Below, piece after piece: positions 54,987-64,000 of a stretch of DNA of 64,000 nt. The DNA is from an uncultured Actinomycetes bacterium (lineage in GTDB: Bacteria; Actinomycetota; Acidimicrobiia; IMCC26256; JBBRZM01): the NCBI GenBank assembly GCA_963813635.1, contig CAWEZO010000002.1:951265-1015264 (forward strand), read 5' to 3'. Positions within the stretch are counted from its first letter, which is position 1; the number at the start of each line of letters is the position of its first letter. The notes beneath the pieces were generated by a model that was not told the DNA's origin, did not search any database, and saw only the letters and a program-made list of their open reading frames with translations. Both the position numbers and the translations under genes were made by a program.

Positions 54987-56420
54987 TCAGCGGCAGGGTT
55001 CGGGGATCGTCGTCGCGCCTTGGGTGCTGACGTCGCAGTAAGTGCGGCGGCTGACCAGCCAGTGACCGTTCTTGAGCACGGCCGCGCCCGGGAGATGGTC
55101 GAGCACCGCCGCGTTGTCGAGCAGCAGCGTGTAGGTCACATCGGCGTGCGACGCGTCTTTGGGCTTCAGGGCGTCGATGCGAACGCGAATCTTCGACGCG
55201 ATCTCCTTGGTCTTGTTGTAGTTCTCGATGAACGAGGGGCGGAGCCGATCGCCGTCTTCGATCGCTGCCAGCTTCGCTTCGATGTCGGTCACGTCACCGT
55301 TGAAGACGGTCTGGAACGCAATGGTGATCGCGGCCGTCACCGCCGGATCGACCGGACCGGCGACGGTCGTCGCCGTCGGCGCTTTGGTCGTGACCGTCGC
55401 CTTGCTCGCCGCAGCGCGCTGCTGCGCGGTCGTCGAGCACACGACGGTTGCCGTCACGCCGGTGTGGTCGGAAGGAAACGCGAGGCCGCTCGGGCCATTC
55501 GTTGCCGGGGTCGCGTTGAACAGTCCGGTCGGCTTCCCGATCGTGCACGAGCGCTTGGTCAACAGCCAGAGGTAGTCGATGCGCTCGGTCTCGCGACTCG
55601 AACCGTTCTCGAGATCGCTCATGTCGGTGTCGACCCGGCCGCTCGTGCACTGTGCGCCGGTCGTCGGATTGCACTCGGGGTTCTTGGCCGCGAGATGCGA
55701 GTCGATCGCACCGGAATCTCGGATCACCCGGGCAATCGGCTCGTTGGGCTTCGCATTGAGATCGCCACCGAAGATCACGACGTCGTCGGCCACTCGGAGC
55801 TTGCCGATCCAATCCACCACTTGGCGGGCCTCACACGCGCCGACCTTGTCGCTCGCCTTGCAGGGCTTCGGACACGTCTGCGAGTCGCACGGGCGGTCGT
55901 CGCTCCCGCTGGAGAGGTGCGTCATCACGAACTCGACCGCGCCAACGGGCGCCGCGACGCGCACCCAGAACGCGGTGCGGAAGAGACCGGCGAGGCGGGT
56001 TCGCTGCGAGCCGAGCACCGGCAACGTTGTGAACACGACTTCGCGGTCGAGACTCGGGTCGTCGTCGGACACGATGCGGTACTTGCCGTTGCAGATCTTC
56101 GGCAATGACTCGCGGAACAGGTCGACGATCGCCCGGTTCGCCTCCTCGAGGCCGACGAGTTGTGGGCAGTTGGCGTCGGCGAGCTGACGAGTGAACAGCG
56201 CGACGCGATCCGCGACATGGCAGCGGTCGGTCGCGGCGGGACAAGCGTCGCCATGCAGGATGTTCTGACTCACCGCGGTCACGCTCGCGGGCTTCCCGGC
56301 CGCTTTCGCGCCCGAGCTGGAGCTGCTGCTGCACGCGGCGAGCGTCATCGCAGCGACCACTATCGCCGCGCCGAGTCGTCGCACGGGCGGAGCGTACGAT
56401 TCCGCGCGCGCGGCGTCCAC
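54987..56420 (-). CDS. endonuclease/exonuclease/phosphatase (EEP) family lipoprotein with extra C-terminal domain
   Basis: The lipobox is MTLAACSSS. EEP landmarks are SQNILHG, GLEE, FGGDLN and FPSDHTGV. It has many Cys pairs. The C-terminal ~130 aa follow a Thr/Ala linker and have no recognised domain. The start may be an internal GTG (VRRLGAAIVV). Confidence 0.7.
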   Translation of the reverse strand: MDAARAESYAPPVRRLGAAIVVAAMTLAACSSSSSSGAKAAGKPASVTAVSQNILHGDACPAATDRCHVADRVALFTRQLADANCPQLVGLEEANRAIVDLFRESLPKICNGKYRIVSDDDPSLDREVVFTTLPVLGSQRTRLAGLFRTAFWVRVAAPVGAVEFVMTHLSSGSDDRPCDSQTCPKPCKASDKVGACEARQVVDWIGKLRVADDVVIFGGDLNAKPNEPIARVIRDSGAIDSHLAAKNPECNPTTGAQCTSGRVDTDMSDLENGSSRETERIDYLWLLTKRSCTIGKPTGLFNATPATNGPSGLAFPSDHTGVTATVVCSTTAQQRAAASKATVTTKAPTATTVAGPVDPAVTAAITIAFQTVFNGDVTDIEAKLAAIEDGDRLRPSFIENYNKTKEIASKIRVRIDALKPKDASHADVTYTLLLDNAAVLDHLPGAAVLKNGHWLVSRRTYCDVSTQGATTIPEPCR

Positions 56421-56452
56421 GCTCGGGCGATCAGGCAGTGCTGAGTGGTGCG

Positions 56453-56794
56453 TCAGGCGCGCCAGTCAAGAACCATCTCCGGCGGCGGCCCCTCGGGCGG
56501 TGCGCCCAAGTCGACACCGGAAATTTCCATGACCTGTGCTTTGAACCACACGTCAATGGGGTCGGTCGACTCGGCGAGCCGGATGAACGCCTTTTCGATG
56601 TCATCGGCTTCGAAGCGCACGATGACGAGTGAACCCATCGGCGTTTCCTGCAGAGACCATTCTTCCTTTGTTATGCCGGACTTCTTCTGCGAGGCCGCAA
56701 ACTCCTCGCCCCGCCCCAACGTCTCTTGCGCGAACTTGCGCCCGTCGTCTTCTTTGCCCGGCAAGACCGGGAAGGCTCCCAGAAACACGGCCAT
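56453..56794 (-). CDS. hypothetical small protein (113 aa)
   Basis: Real part of track ORF 56453..57241, starting at ATG 56794 (MAVFLGAFPVLPGKEDDGRKFAQE...). Codon bias is host-like. I cannot name a domain. Confidence 0.55.
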   Translation of the reverse strand: MAVFLGAFPVLPGKEDDGRKFAQETLGRGEEFAASQKKSGITKEEWSLQETPMGSLVIVRFEADDIEKAFIRLAESTDPIDVWFKAQVMEISGVDLGAPPEGPPPEMVLDWRA

Positions 56795-56869
56795 GTGCAA
56801 CCCCTCTCGTCGTGACAGTGCGCGGGAGCATACGGCGCGCCGTCGCAGGGCGAAAGGGGCACACTCCGT

Positions 56870-56924
56870 CTCATTCTTGCGTCGCGAACCGGGGTGACAT
56901 CCCGGCTGCTGACGCAAGAATGAG
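56870..56924. repeat. palindromic intergenic repeat, family B, copy 3
   Basis: CTCATTCTTGCGTCGCGAACCGGGGTGACATCCCGGCTGCTGACGCAAGAATGAG, in the divergent intergenic region between 56794 and 56996. Confidence 0.85.
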
Positions 56925-56995
56925 TTGCGGTGCGGTCGCCGGGGCGCCTTTCGACCGCTCCTCAGGTCGGGTGAAGACGTGCCGATACAAGCGCC

Positions 56996-58261
56996 ATGGT
57001 CGCATCGCGACACCGGTTCTGGCGCGGGGTACGCAACTACGTGACCGGCTTCATCGTGACCGTCGTCGTGCTCGCGCTCGCGGTCGTCGGTGCGCTCACA
57101 TTGAAGAACGACCGCGCGGCGCACAAGACCGCCGCGCAACAGCAGAAGCTCGCGCCGTTCTACGTGGCGCCGGCCGGGTGGCAGGCCGCGCCGCTGGGCA
57201 CCGTCTTTCGCTCCGAGCCCGTCGGCGGAGTGCCGGGGCACGCGACCGGACGCCGCATCCTGTACCGCTCGGCCCGCGCCGACGGATCACCTTCGGTGAG
57301 CGGCGGGCTCGTGTTCGTGCCGTCGGAGCCCGCGCCGGCCGGTGGTCGACCGGTGCTCGCGTGGGCGCACGGCACTGCCGGAATGGGCGATGACTGCGCG
57401 GCGTCGCGCCGCCCCGACGTCGAAGCCGGCATCCCGGGTCTGACAAACTTTCTCGCCGCCGGATGGGCCGTCGTGGCGACCGACTACAGCGGGCTCGGGA
57501 CCGCGGGCACGCTGCAATATCTCGTGGGCCAGGCCGCGGCACGCGACGTCCTGTACTCGATACGCGCGGCGCGGACCATGCCCGGCGTCGATGCGAGCAC
57601 CCGTGTCGCGCTGTGGGGTCACTCCCAAGGCGGCGCATCCGTGTTGTGGACCGAACAGCTCGCGAGCCGGCTCGCACCAGAGTTGCAGATCGTCGCGGCC
57701 GCGGCCGCCGCACCGGCGGCGGAGCTCGCAATCCTGATGCAACACCAATGGAACACGGTCGGTGGCTCACTCATCGCCACCGAAACGCTCGTCGGTTGGC
57801 CGGCGGCGTATCCCGAGCTCGACGTCGCGCCGCTCTGGAACCGTGACGCCGGCAATTACCGAACCATCGCGAACAAGTGCATCCAGGCCGGGCTCATCGA
57901 TCTCGAGGTCCGCCACCTGCTCGGCTCGAAGCCGATCATGAAGGTGAACCCGTTGACGTTGCCGGCGTGGCACAAGGTCGTGACGGCCAACACCGCGCCG
58001 CTCCCGCTCAGCGCCCCGACCTACATCGCCCAGGGCCTCGACGACCCCCTCGTGCTGCCCGGATCCACCGCCACCTACGTGCGGGACGCGTGTGCCGCGG
58101 GCGCCAATGTGACGGCAAACTTCATCGGCGATCTCGGCCACATGAAAGCCGGTTTCACTGCCGCGCCGATCGTGTTCACATGGTTGCAACAGCGCTTCGC
58201 GGGTGTGCCGGCCACGAGCACGTGCGGCACGCAGCTGCCGGTCGCTCCGCTCGGTCTCTGA
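56996..58261 (+). CDS. secretory lipase (LIP family) with N-terminal membrane anchor/signal
   Basis: 421 aa. The TM/signal is FIVTVVVLALAVVGAL. It contains ...ILYRSARADG...LAWAHGTAGMGDDCA... and the nucleophile elbow GHSQGG. Confidence 0.8.
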   Translation: MVASRHRFWRGVRNYVTGFIVTVVVLALAVVGALTLKNDRAAHKTAAQQQKLAPFYVAPAGWQAAPLGTVFRSEPVGGVPGHATGRRILYRSARADGSPSVSGGLVFVPSEPAPAGGRPVLAWAHGTAGMGDDCAASRRPDVEAGIPGLTNFLAAGWAVVATDYSGLGTAGTLQYLVGQAAARDVLYSIRAARTMPGVDASTRVALWGHSQGGASVLWTEQLASRLAPELQIVAAAAAAPAAELAILMQHQWNTVGGSLIATETLVGWPAAYPELDVAPLWNRDAGNYRTIANKCIQAGLIDLEVRHLLGSKPIMKVNPLTLPAWHKVVTANTAPLPLSAPTYIAQGLDDPLVLPGSTATYVRDACAAGANVTANFIGDLGHMKAGFTAAPIVFTWLQQRFAGVPATSTCGTQLPVAPLGL

Positions 58262-58274
58262 GTGACGCGCTACA

Positions 58275-59243
58275 TCAGCCGGCGTGGTACGGCTGGAGCG
58301 CGCCGGGCGGCACGACGCCGAGACGTCCGGCTTCGAAATCATCGAGCGCTTGCACGATCTCGGCTCGGGTGTTCATCACGAACGGTCCGTACCACTCGAC
58401 CGGCTCGCGGATCGGCGCGCCCCCGAGGAGCAACAACTCGAGCGTGTCGCCCGCACCGGGCTGGTGCTCGTCGGCGATCACCTCGATCGAGTCACCCTCG
58501 CCGAACACCGCCAGCTGCCCTTCGCGGATCGGACGTTGCTCGGCACCCACACGTCCCGAACCCACCAACGCGTAGACCAACACGTTGAAGTCGCGGCGCC
58601 ATGGCAGCGCGAGCCGCGCGCCGGGCGCGAGCGTCGCGTGCACGAACGCGATCGGAGTGTGCGTCGAGCCCGGGCCCTTGTGCCCACCGACATCACCGGC
58701 GACGACCCGGAGCAGCGCGCCACCGTCGGGTGACGCGAGCAACGTGACGTCCTTCCCTTCGAGGCCCTGGTAGCGCGGCGGAATGAACTTGTCGGCCGCC
58801 GGCAGGTTGACCCACAGCTGCAGCCCGTGGAACAGACCCCCGCTGATCACGAGCTCCTCGGGCGGTGTCTCGATGTGCAGGAGGCCCGACCCGGCCGTCA
58901 TCCATTGCGTGTCGCCATCGGTGATGAGACCGCCGCCGCCGTTCGAATCCTGGTGTTGGAACGTGCCGTCGATGATGTAGGTGACGGTCTCGAACCCGCG
59001 GTGCGGGTGCCACGGCGTGCCCTTCGGTTCGCCGGGCGCGTATTCGATCGCGCCCATCTGGTCCATGTGGATGAACGGGTCGAGCGCCTCCGCGGGAACA
59101 CCGGCGAACGCGCGCCGCACCGGGAAGCCCTCGCCCTCGAAACCGGCCGGCGCGGTGGTCACCGACACCACCGAACGCGGGGTGCCTGCCGCGGGTGCGG
59201 GAGCTCGATCGAGGGTCGTGGTATCAGCGGTGACAGCCGGCAT
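58275..59243 (-). CDS. pirin family protein
   Basis: Start at ATG 59243. 322 aa with bicupin pirin motifs HPHRGFETVTYIIDG and ...QLWVNLP.... Confidence 0.9.
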   Translation of the reverse strand: MPAVTADTTTLDRAPAPAAGTPRSVVSVTTAPAGFEGEGFPVRRAFAGVPAEALDPFIHMDQMGAIEYAPGEPKGTPWHPHRGFETVTYIIDGTFQHQDSNGGGGLITDGDTQWMTAGSGLLHIETPPEELVISGGLFHGLQLWVNLPAADKFIPPRYQGLEGKDVTLLASPDGGALLRVVAGDVGGHKGPGSTHTPIAFVHATLAPGARLALPWRRDFNVLVYALVGSGRVGAEQRPIREGQLAVFGEGDSIEVIADEHQPGAGDTLELLLLGGAPIREPVEWYGPFVMNTRAEIVQALDDFEAGRLGVVPPGALQPYHAG

Positions 59244-59361
59244 GGCGACTCCCGGGCGTGGGGACGGCGTTGCGAAGGGACAACGCGACGAGCGAGCAGT
59301 GTGTTCCCGGCACGGGCGGCGGCTTCCTCGAAACGAGGACTCGACAGTACTGTCGCCGCTC

Positions 59362-60560
59362 GTGAGCGCACGCTTCGGGCCGATCGATTTCGAGCAGTTC
59401 CACACGGTCGACCTGCCGGCGCGTCTTGCTGCCGGGAACGGCGCGCTGGCGGCCACGGACCTCGACGGGGTGCAGTCGATCGCGTTCCGTATCGACGACG
59501 GGCGCGCCTACACGTACACGCCGTCGGCCGACGGCATCGTCATGACTGCCGGTGACGATGATGCCCATACCGTCGTCGAGCTCACGTACGCCGACTGGTG
59601 CGACTTCGTGTGGGAGCTGCGCACGTGCTTCGCCCTCCTCTACGCGGAGCGGCTGTCGTTTCCCAGGGGCAGCTTCGGGCACCTCGCGCGCTGGGAGCCG
59701 GCGCTGCGGGCAGCGTTCGACGGCCAGGCCATCTACGACCTCACCGATGCGCCGCCGGTTGTCGACCGTCGTGGGCAAACCCTCGACCTCACGACGTCGT
59801 TCACGCTCGACGATCCCGACGCGGAGATCCGCGACTTCCTCGACCGCGCCGGCTTCGTCCACCTGCGGGGCGTGCTGCGCGACGACGAGATCCTGCGTTT
59901 GCGCGCCGACGTCGACCCTGCCGTGCTTCGGGCGCGTCCCGACGACGAGAAGTCGTGGTGGACCACGGTCGACGGCAAGGATGTCTGCAACCGCGTCAAT
60001 TACCTCAGCGAGCAATCGAGCTTCATCGCCGCGCTGGGCGACGACGCACGCCTTCGCCGGATCGGGGCGCTGGCCGGCACCGAGTTGCGCGACGCGAGCG
60101 ACCGGCTCGACGGCCACGGCGTGGTGATCAAGGTGCCGGGCGCGGAGACCGGCCTCGCCGACTTGCCCTGGCACCGTGACTGCGGGATGGGTGGCCACTC
60201 GGTGAAGTGTCCGATGCTCAACGTTGGCATCCAGCTCGACGCCGCGACTGCCGCGGCGGGCCAGCTCCACATGATCGCGGGCTCGCACCTCGGCACGTCA
60301 CGGCTACCCCAGGCCGACGAGACCGACCGGCTTCCGACCGTAGCGATCAACACCGAGCCCGGCGACGTGACCATCCACTACGGCCACACGCTGCACGCCG
60401 CGCCGCCCCCGCGGAGCGCCACGCGGCCGGCCGTCGTGCGCTGTACATCACCTACGTGCCGCCGCTGGTCTTCGACATGATCGAGCCGGGCAAGGGCTAC
60501 AACGACGTCCTCTTCACCCGCGACGCAGGCCGCGTGCACCACGTCGACGAGTTCCACTGA
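59362..60560 (+). pseudogene. phytanoyl-CoA dioxygenase (PhyH) family Fe(II)/2OG oxygenase with extra N-terminal domain, one frameshift
   Basis: Start assumed at GTG 59362. The PhyH-like core is ...LPWHRDCG... and ...GDVTIHYGHTLHAAPPP. One C is missing in the C run at 60406-60410. The C-terminus AERHAAGRRALYITYVPP... is in track ORF 60207..60560. Confidence 0.7.
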
Positions 60561-60641
60561 ACGGCTGCCAACGCACCGTTTGTGTGGGTTTGATAGGGTG
60601 CGGCGCAAAGGCAGGATCGGCCGCGTTACGAGGGGGCAGCG

Positions 60642-61788
60642 ATGAGCACCGTCCCGCCGGATATGCCTCCCGTTGCCGGCGCGCCGCCGCCGCCGCCGGC
60701 GTCCGGTGGGGCGCAGACCCGCAACCGCGTCTTGTGGGTGATCGCCGCGGTCGTGGTCGTGGGCGCGGCCGTCATCGCCGCCATCCTGCTCGCGGGAGGC
60801 GATTCAGAAAAGAAGACCGCGAGCAAGGGCAAAGAGGTCCTCACCGAGCCGATCTCGAGCACCGGCGCCAACCCGTTCTCTCCGCCGACGGGCACCGACT
60901 ACAACAACATGCCCGCGGTGAAAACGTCCGGCGTCTCGACGCAGCAAGGCGGCCAGGTCGGCCTGTACGGCGGCACCCAGAATCAAGCGCAGTGCGACAA
61001 GACGCAGCTCGTCACGTTCCTCCAGCAGCATCCCGACAAGGGCGCGGCGTGGGCGTCGACGTTGGGGATTCAGCAGAGCGAAATCTCCACCTACGTCGAC
61101 GGGCTGACATCAGTGCTCTTGCGCTCCGACACGCGCGTCACCAACCACGGGTTCAAGAACGGGCACGTCACGACGATCCAGAGCGTGCTGCAAGCCGGCA
61201 CGGCGGTGCTCGTCGACGACAAGGGCGAGCCGGTGACGAAGTGCTACTGCGGCAATCCGCTCACGAGCCCGGTCCCGTACCCAAGGGTGTACTACGGCCC
61301 GAGGTGGTCGGGCTACAACCCCAACAGCCTGACCGTGATCATCAAGAACACGGTGATCATCGACACGTTCACGCTCGTCGATCCGAGGACCGGTCAGACC
61401 TTCCCCCGGCAGCAGCGGCGGCACCGACACGCCGACCGGCACACCGAACTCGGTACCGAACACCACCCCGAACACGACACCGAACACGACACCGAACACG
61501 ACGCCCAACACCCAGGCCGGGCCCTCCGCCGAGGACCGGGCGAAGTCCAAGCTCCAGAGCGCCGCGAATCAGTGCTATCCGTTCCCCGCACCAATCGAGG
61601 ATTCCACGTCACAGACGGTCTCGACCGAATCGGGCAACGGCCCCGACAACTTCGTGCTCCATGTGCACGACACGACGGCATCGGGCGTGCAGGACTTCCG
61701 ATGGCGGGTCGACAGAGCGACGCTCGCGTTCACGCCGCTCGACGACTTGGCCAGAGTCGCAAGCAATCATTGCTCCGGCCTGAATTAG
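60642..61788 (+). pseudogene. membrane-anchored extracytoplasmic protein (DUF6777-like domain, TPNT-repeat linker, C-terminal Cys-bounded domain), one frameshift
   Basis: The TM helix is VLWVIAAVVVVGAAVIAAILLA. The conserved-looking domain is GLYGGTQNQAQCDKTQLVTFLQQHPDKGAAWA...TRVTNHGF...KCYCGNPL (family name from memory). An extra C in the C5 run at 61403-61407 shifts to an unlisted frame: GSSGGTDTPTGTPNSVPNTTPNTTPNTTPNTTPNTQ...NQCYPFP...SNHCSGLN-stop at 61788. Confidence 0.6.
61455..61514. repeat. 12-bp tandem repeat (x5, imperfect) encoding (T/V)PNT units
   Basis: accgaacaccac cccgaacacgac accgaacacgac accgaacacgac gcccaacaccca. Confidence 0.85.
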
Positions 61789-61812
61789 CGCCGCGCGCCC
61801 GAAAAAACGGGC

Positions 61813-63017
61813 TCAGACGACCGCCATCGCGGAGCCCATGAGGTCGAGGAAGTTGTCGCAGTAGAAGCGGCGCCGCACGTCTTCGCTCGCGCCGCCCAAC
61901 GATGCCTCGAAGCGTTCGATCGGGCGCCGGCCTCCCTCGACGTGCGGATAGTCGGAGGAGAACAGGCACACGTCGGGACCGGCCTGCTCGATGATCCAGC
62001 CGACGTCCTCGGTGGGGTACGGCGTGGCACGGACCTGACGCTGAACGAACTCGCTCGGCCGCAGCGACAGCGCGCGCAACCGGTCCTCGTGGCGCGCAAA
62101 CGCTTCGAACGCGGACTCCATCTGGCGCATCCACGACGGCAGCCAGACCGCGCCCTGCTCGATCACCCCGAAACGGAGCGCGGGAAAACGGTCGAGCACC
62201 CCGTCGAAGATCATCGTCGCGAGTGTCTGCGCGGGCTGGACGGGAATCGCCATGAAGTCGACCGACCGGAAATTCTCCTCCCCGCCGTGGAAGTCGGGTG
62301 GCACCGGGAGGCCGTTGACGAAGTACTCGGCGTCGAGGAGGTCGCCGGTACCGCCGACGTGGAACACGACGGGGAGGCGCGCCTCCTGAGCGCGCGCCCA
62401 TACCGGGTCGAGCGCGATGTGGCTGGGTGAGTGCGTGGGTGGACACCCCGATGCGACGAGGAGCGCCGCGGCACCCATCTCGATCGCTTCGTCGGTCATC
62501 GCCGCGGCACGGTCGAAATCGACCAGCGGTACGTAACACGTCGGCAACAAGCGCGCATCGACAGAGCAGAACTCGAGCATGCCGCGGTTGTGAGCGCGCG
62601 CGACCGCGTAGGCGAGATCGATGTCGCCGGCATGTTCCCAGTCGCGCAGCCGCCGGTTGTGGAACGTGTTGAACACGAGCTGGGTCGAGAACCCGAGCAG
62701 GTCGAGCGCGCGGGCCCGGTCCTCGGCGACAAAGGCCCCGGTGGCCGCGAAGTTCTTCCTGGCCATGATCTCGGCTTCCTCATCTGCGCGGTATGCCGGC
62801 GATGCATGCCGTTCCCGAAGCCGCGCGCGAACGTCGCGTCGAGATCGCGCAGCTGCTCGGTCGGGTCGCCGGTCTGCCGAAGCTCGTTGCCGCTGGACAG
62901 GCTCGACGGCGTGATCCGGTCGCGAAATTGCGGATCGGCGTGGTCGCGCAGCCAGGTCGGCGGCTCCATGATGTGCGAGTCGGCGTCGTGCACGACCCGT
63001 CCGGCGCTGTACGGCAT
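61813..63017 (-). pseudogene. amidohydrolase-2 (ACMSD-like metal-dependent hydrolase) family protein, one frameshift
   Basis: ATG 63017 follows GGAGGG (MPYSAGRVVHDADSHIMEPPTWL...) in the frame of track ORF 62496..63923. It switches at ~62800-62825 to ORF 61813..63105 (...ADEEAEIMARKNFAATGAF...ALDLLGFSTQLVFNTF...VVFHVGG...LFSSDYPHVEG). Confidence 0.8.
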
Positions 63018-63062
63018 CTCGCCCTCCGGCACCTGGTCGTAGCCGGCCCGTTGGCGCGTCAA

Positions 63063-63108
63063 CGTTTGTGCAATCAGGTGCCCTATAGGGGCCACGATTG
63101 CACAAACG
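63063..63108. repeat. 46-bp palindromic intergenic repeat, family A, copy 3
   Basis: CGTTTGTGCAATCAGGTGCCCTATAGGGGCCACGATTGCACAAACG, between 63017 and 63122. Confidence 0.9.
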
Positions 63109-63121
63109 GTGGGGTGGGGCG

Positions 63122-63547
63122 TCAGCGGACGGCCTTGGTGTTGTCGGGGTCGGCGTAGGCGGCTTCGAGGGCGTTGGGACGGTCGGGCCGTAGCAACCCG
63201 ATCTCGTTGCCGCTCGGATCGCGCAGCACGTGGACGGGCCCGTCGGGAGTGCCCGCGGTCTCCCCCACCGCTTCGAAGCTCGACGACGCGAGCCGCTCGA
63301 TCGCCGCGTCGAGGTCGGTCACCGTCCAGATCGGCAGCACGCTCGGCGCTTCCCGATGCTCGGCGAGCAACACCAACGGCCCCACGTCGGTGACGCGCAC
63401 CGCCGCGACTTCGGTACCGAATGCATCGAAGCGCCACACGAGCTCGGCGCCGAATGCTTCCCGGTAGAACGCGATCGACGCATCGACATCGTCGACACCC
63501 ACGTACAGGTAGACGAGCTCGTGCAGCACACTGTTGTCGGCGGTCAC
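63122..63547 (-). CDS. VOC (glyoxalase/bleomycin-resistance/dioxygenase) family protein
   Basis: 141 aa with the paired beta-alpha-beta-beta-beta module pattern (LVYLYVGVDDVDASIAFYREAFGAEL...; ...VHVLRDPSGNEIGLL). Confidence 0.85.
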   Translation of the reverse strand: MTADNSVLHELVYLYVGVDDVDASIAFYREAFGAELVWRFDAFGTEVAAVRVTDVGPLVLLAEHREAPSVLPIWTVTDLDAAIERLASSSFEAVGETAGTPDGPVHVLRDPSGNEIGLLRPDRPNALEAAYADPDNTKAVR

Positions 63548-63609
63548 GCGCGGTGATCGTACGAAAGAACGCGGCGCGTCGCACGCGTCCAGCGCGCTCG
63601 AAGTTTTGG

Positions 63610-63638
63610 TTGACGTTGAGAGGCCGCTCCTGGATACT
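63610..63638 (+). promoter_or_regulatory. candidate sigma-70-type promoter for the papain-like peptidase gene
   Basis: TTGACG (63610-63615), a 17-nt spacer, then GATACT (63633-63638). It lies ~30 nt upstream of the candidate GTG start at 63670, in a locally lower-GC stretch. Confidence 0.3.
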
Positions 63639-63669
63639 CCCGTGAGACTTTCGGCAGAAAGGGCTTGAT

Positions 63670-64000
63670 GTGCGCGCAGAGGCCAGGCCGCAGCTCCTCG
63701 ACACGAGTCGGATCCAGCTCGAGCTCCAGCGGGTGAAGCCGACGCACAGCAAGATCGGCGAAGAGCTCGAAAAGCGTCTCGGTGTGATCGAGATCAAGGT
63801 CAAACGTTGGTTCGACCTCTGGAAGTACCTGAAATGGCTGTTGCCGCAGTGGGACCGCCTCGGGTTCAACATGCAATCGCAGCAGCAGACCAACTGGTGC
63901 TGGGCGGCGACCTCGACCAGCACCGCGGTGTACTACAACTCGGTGACCACGTGGACGCAGTGCACCGTCGCGAACGGCGAGACCGGCCGTACCGACTGTT
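63670..64000 (+). CDS. papain-like cysteine peptidase family protein (AvrRpt2/C70-like), 5' part only, continues past the window end
   Basis: Open-ended frame, not in the ORF track. It is open from 63646 with a candidate GTG at 63670. It reads ...KRWFDLWKYLKWLLPQWDRLGFNMQSQQQTNWCWAATSTSTAVYYNSVTTWTQCTVANGETGRTDC. The Q-x5-C-W spacing matches the papain oxyanion-Gln/catalytic-Cys arrangement. Confidence 0.6.
   Translation, partial: MRAEARPQLLDTSRIQLELQRVKPTHSKIGEELEKRLGVIEIKVKRWFDLWKYLKWLLPQWDRLGFNMQSQQQTNWCWAATSTSTAVYYNSVTTWTQCTVANGETGRTDC

Noticed and set aside
30409-63108. Whether the palindromic repeats (families A, B and C) form a CRISPR array or mark IS/transposon ends.
   Set aside because: The copies are 8-20 kb apart, with whole genes between them and no regular short spacers, and there are no cas genes. 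No transposase, integrase or terminal-repeat-bounded unit lies between any pair, and I could not recognise target-site duplications.

Overview
The window is a high-GC (roughly two-thirds G+C by eye, not computed), gene-dense chromosomal segment of actinobacterial type. Supporting markers are an MMPL transporter, F420-type PPOX proteins, a TB7.3-like biotinyl protein, frequent GTG/TTG starts and 4-nt start/stop overlaps. I can support about 60 protein-coding genes. I found no rRNA, tRNA, CRISPR array, transposase or prophage genes.

Gene content:
- An acyl-CoA carboxyltransferase/crotonase cluster (1-2944).
- A DUF5317-like gene plus two membrane HD-domain genes (3052-7204).
- A hypothetical/GT4/small-membrane trio (7768-9879).
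- Redox enzymes: ADH, AKR, a Rieske fusion, an FAD oxidase, a P450 and a desaturase.
- A regulator with modABC.
- Four ABC-2-type exporter pairs.
- A large acyl-CoA/lipid side-chain catabolic block (26441-39604) with a thiolase, an HMGCS-like/DUF35 fusion, three family-III CoA-transferases, three ACADs and a MaoC pair.
- Assorted hydrolases.

Properties the gene list does not explain:
1. Three families of palindromic intergenic repeats, with no mobile-element genes nearby.
2. About 24 single-base frame disruptions in 19 otherwise intact genes. They are insertion-biased and often fall in GC runs, so they are either assembly error or mass pseudogenisation.
3. A roughly 560-bp low-GC divergent intergenic region with an (AG)8 microsatellite and direct repeats.
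4. A 5'-truncated multicopper oxidase lying in frame directly behind an ACAD stop codon.
5. A condensing-enzyme-like/DUF35 fusion that appears to lack its nucleophile.
6. A papain-like peptidase gene cut by the window end.

I cannot support a complete novel multi-gene system such as a defence island. The findings are ranked accordingly. All homology calls come from motif recognition by eye. No database search was run.
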